From NCBI GenBank assembly GCA_004431415.1, contig QPMI01000227.1, positions 62,001-126,000 of the forward strand: a stretch of 64,000 nucleotides of DNA. The letters run 5' to 3'. Both the position numbers and the translations under genes were made by a program. The stretch is from Cyanophora paradoxa CCMP329 (lineage: Eukaryota > Plantae > Glaucophyta). Of this stretch, positions 62,484-64,000 are shown piece by piece (position 1 is the first letter of the stretch; each line of letters starts with the position of its first letter). The notes under the pieces are model-generated. The model was not told the origin of the DNA, searched no databases, and saw only the letters and a program-made list of their open reading frames with translations.

Positions 62484-63215
62484 ATGCCCGCTGACTACGT
62501 GTCCGAGGAGGAGGACCAGGAGGAGACCATCAACGCGCCGTGCAATCGCCCAATGACTTCGTCTGTCATCGAGATCAACAGCAGCGACTCGGAGAGCGAT
62601 GGACCAGCGGCAGCGCGCCGAGCGCAGGGCGCGCATGAAGGCGGACGAGGAGCGCGCGCTCGAGGAGGAGGATGAGATCAGGCGGCGCCACCAGGCAGCT
62701 TTGGAGGTCAACCTCGCAATAGAGCGCGACTCGGTGAGGCCATACAAGCTGGCCGAGCTCAAGCAGTTGCTGGAGTACGCGCGCGCGTGGATGCGCGAGC
62801 ACGAGCAGCTGTACGAGCAGTTCGAGGTCGCGCTGGCGCACAACAACCTCCTCGAGGCCATTAACCTGCGGTCGGAGATCCGCAAGCACCGCAGCACGGC
62901 GCGCTTCTGCGGGCAGGACCCCTCGGGCTCTACGAGGAGGCGGCCTTCAAGCCTCTCTATGACAACGTGACGGCCTTGCAGCGGCGGGCGGGGCAGATGG
63001 AGCATTTCGGCGACAATCTCTTCAAGTGCGCGGAGCACTTCCAGCGGGTGCGCATCCGGCAGCAGCAGGCGGCGGCGGCGGCGGCGGCGGAGGCGGCGGA
63101 GGCGGCGGCGGAGGCGGACGGGGCTGCTGCTGCTGCTCGGTGCAAGCGCCGCCGCCTGCGTCGCGGCGACGGCGTGCTCGTCTCGCGGCCGGACGATGCC
63201 GACGACGAAGCGTAG
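62484..63215 (+). CDS. Intronless helical/coiled-coil protein with frameshifts, divergent from the transposase
   Basis: MPADYVSEEE..VIEINSSDSESD, E/R/A-rich helices and KRRRLRR spread over three frames. Confidence 0.5.
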
Positions 63216-63224
63216 CGCCGTTAG

Positions 63225-63480
63225 CCGCCCCCGCCCCGCCGTTAGCCGCCCCCGCCCCGCCGGCCCCCGCCCCCGCCCGCCGGCCCCCGCCCCCGCCCCG
63301 CCGGCCCCGCCCCCGCCCCGCCCGCCCCGCCCCCGCCCCGCCCCGCCCCGCCCCGCCCCGCCCCGCCCCGCCCCGCCCGCCCCGCCCCGCCCGCCCCGCC
63401 CCCGCCCCGCCCCGCCCCGCCCCGCCCGCCCCGCCCCGCCGGCCCCGCCCCCGCCCGCCGGCCCCGCCCCGCCCCGCCGG
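63225..63480. repeat. (CCCCG)n tract flanked by a 35-bp direct repeat
   Basis: CGGCGACGGCGT(G/C)CTCGTCTCGCGGCCGGACGATG near 63164 and 63493. Confidence 0.85.
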
Positions 63481-64000
63481 TCGCCGCCCTGCCGGCGACG
63501 GCGTCCTCGTCTCGCGGCCGGACGATGTCTGCAGCTAGAGTCACCAGCTGCAGTCTGCACCTGGCTTGAATACGACAGATTTACTAGTTATTCTGCTATC
63601 GTGCGCGCACCGTGGCACCGTGGCACCGTGGCACTCAGTGACTACCGAGAGTGGCGGGCGGGCTGGCGGGGCGGGCTGACAGGGCGGGGCGCCTGGCGGG
63701 ACAGTCGGGGGCCTCCGGGACACTCTGGCAGTCCGGGGGCCTCGGGAGCCTATTTTCGCGCCATACAAGGCCTCCCCGACCCTGCAGCTGCATAGGAGGC
63801 CTTATATAGTGCTTTAAAAAGGTTCTCTAAGCTTTTTTCGATGTCTCCCAGCTCCTGGGGCGATGGGCCCAATTTGGAAGGGCCAAAAGTCAGCAGAAGA
63901 CTAGCTGTAACGTAGTGTATAGGCGTATGATGAGTCATATGGTATGACGGGTTAAATGGCCCATCGCGGGGCTTTGTGCAGGGCACTAAATAACGCCGTG

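Noticed and set aside
17703-64000. One giant element bounded by CACGGCGTTATTT inverted ends
   Set aside because: Only 13 bp match, and the interval is full of ordinary housekeeping genes

Overview
Eukaryotic nuclear DNA from a compact, GC-rich, probably flagellated protist, with ~50-nt introns, many GC-AG donors and micro-exons. The taxon cannot be fixed from the sequence alone. About 19 spliced host genes are recognisable: TPR, STPG-repeat, SAM methyltransferase, RING/TRAF, a pyrophosphatase fused to a pseudo-FBPase, LRR, AAGAB, RHBDD1-like rhomboid, PPIL2, CEP164-type WW protein, PKD multi-TM protein, NSA2, CKS1, FolB, ORP, ASD, SPCS2, VPS9 and a stand-alone ketosynthase. Two accessory zones interrupt them. 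(1) 15.8-35.5 kb holds collinear copies of neighbouring gene fragments, palindromic minisatellites, a cox1/nad1 NUMT mosaic and a CRESS-DNA-virus-like capsid fragment. The NUMT and the capsid each sit at the 5' junction of a truncated LINE. (2) 56.5-64 kb is a three-gene, frameshift-rich module. In it, a RAG1/Transib/Chapaev-type DDE transposase with the C2H2 zinc ligands lies tail-to-tail with a BAH chromatin-reader gene, echoing the RAG1L-RAG2L layout. This module is the best candidate for an undescribed system. Exon boundaries were deduced by eye and no database searches were run.
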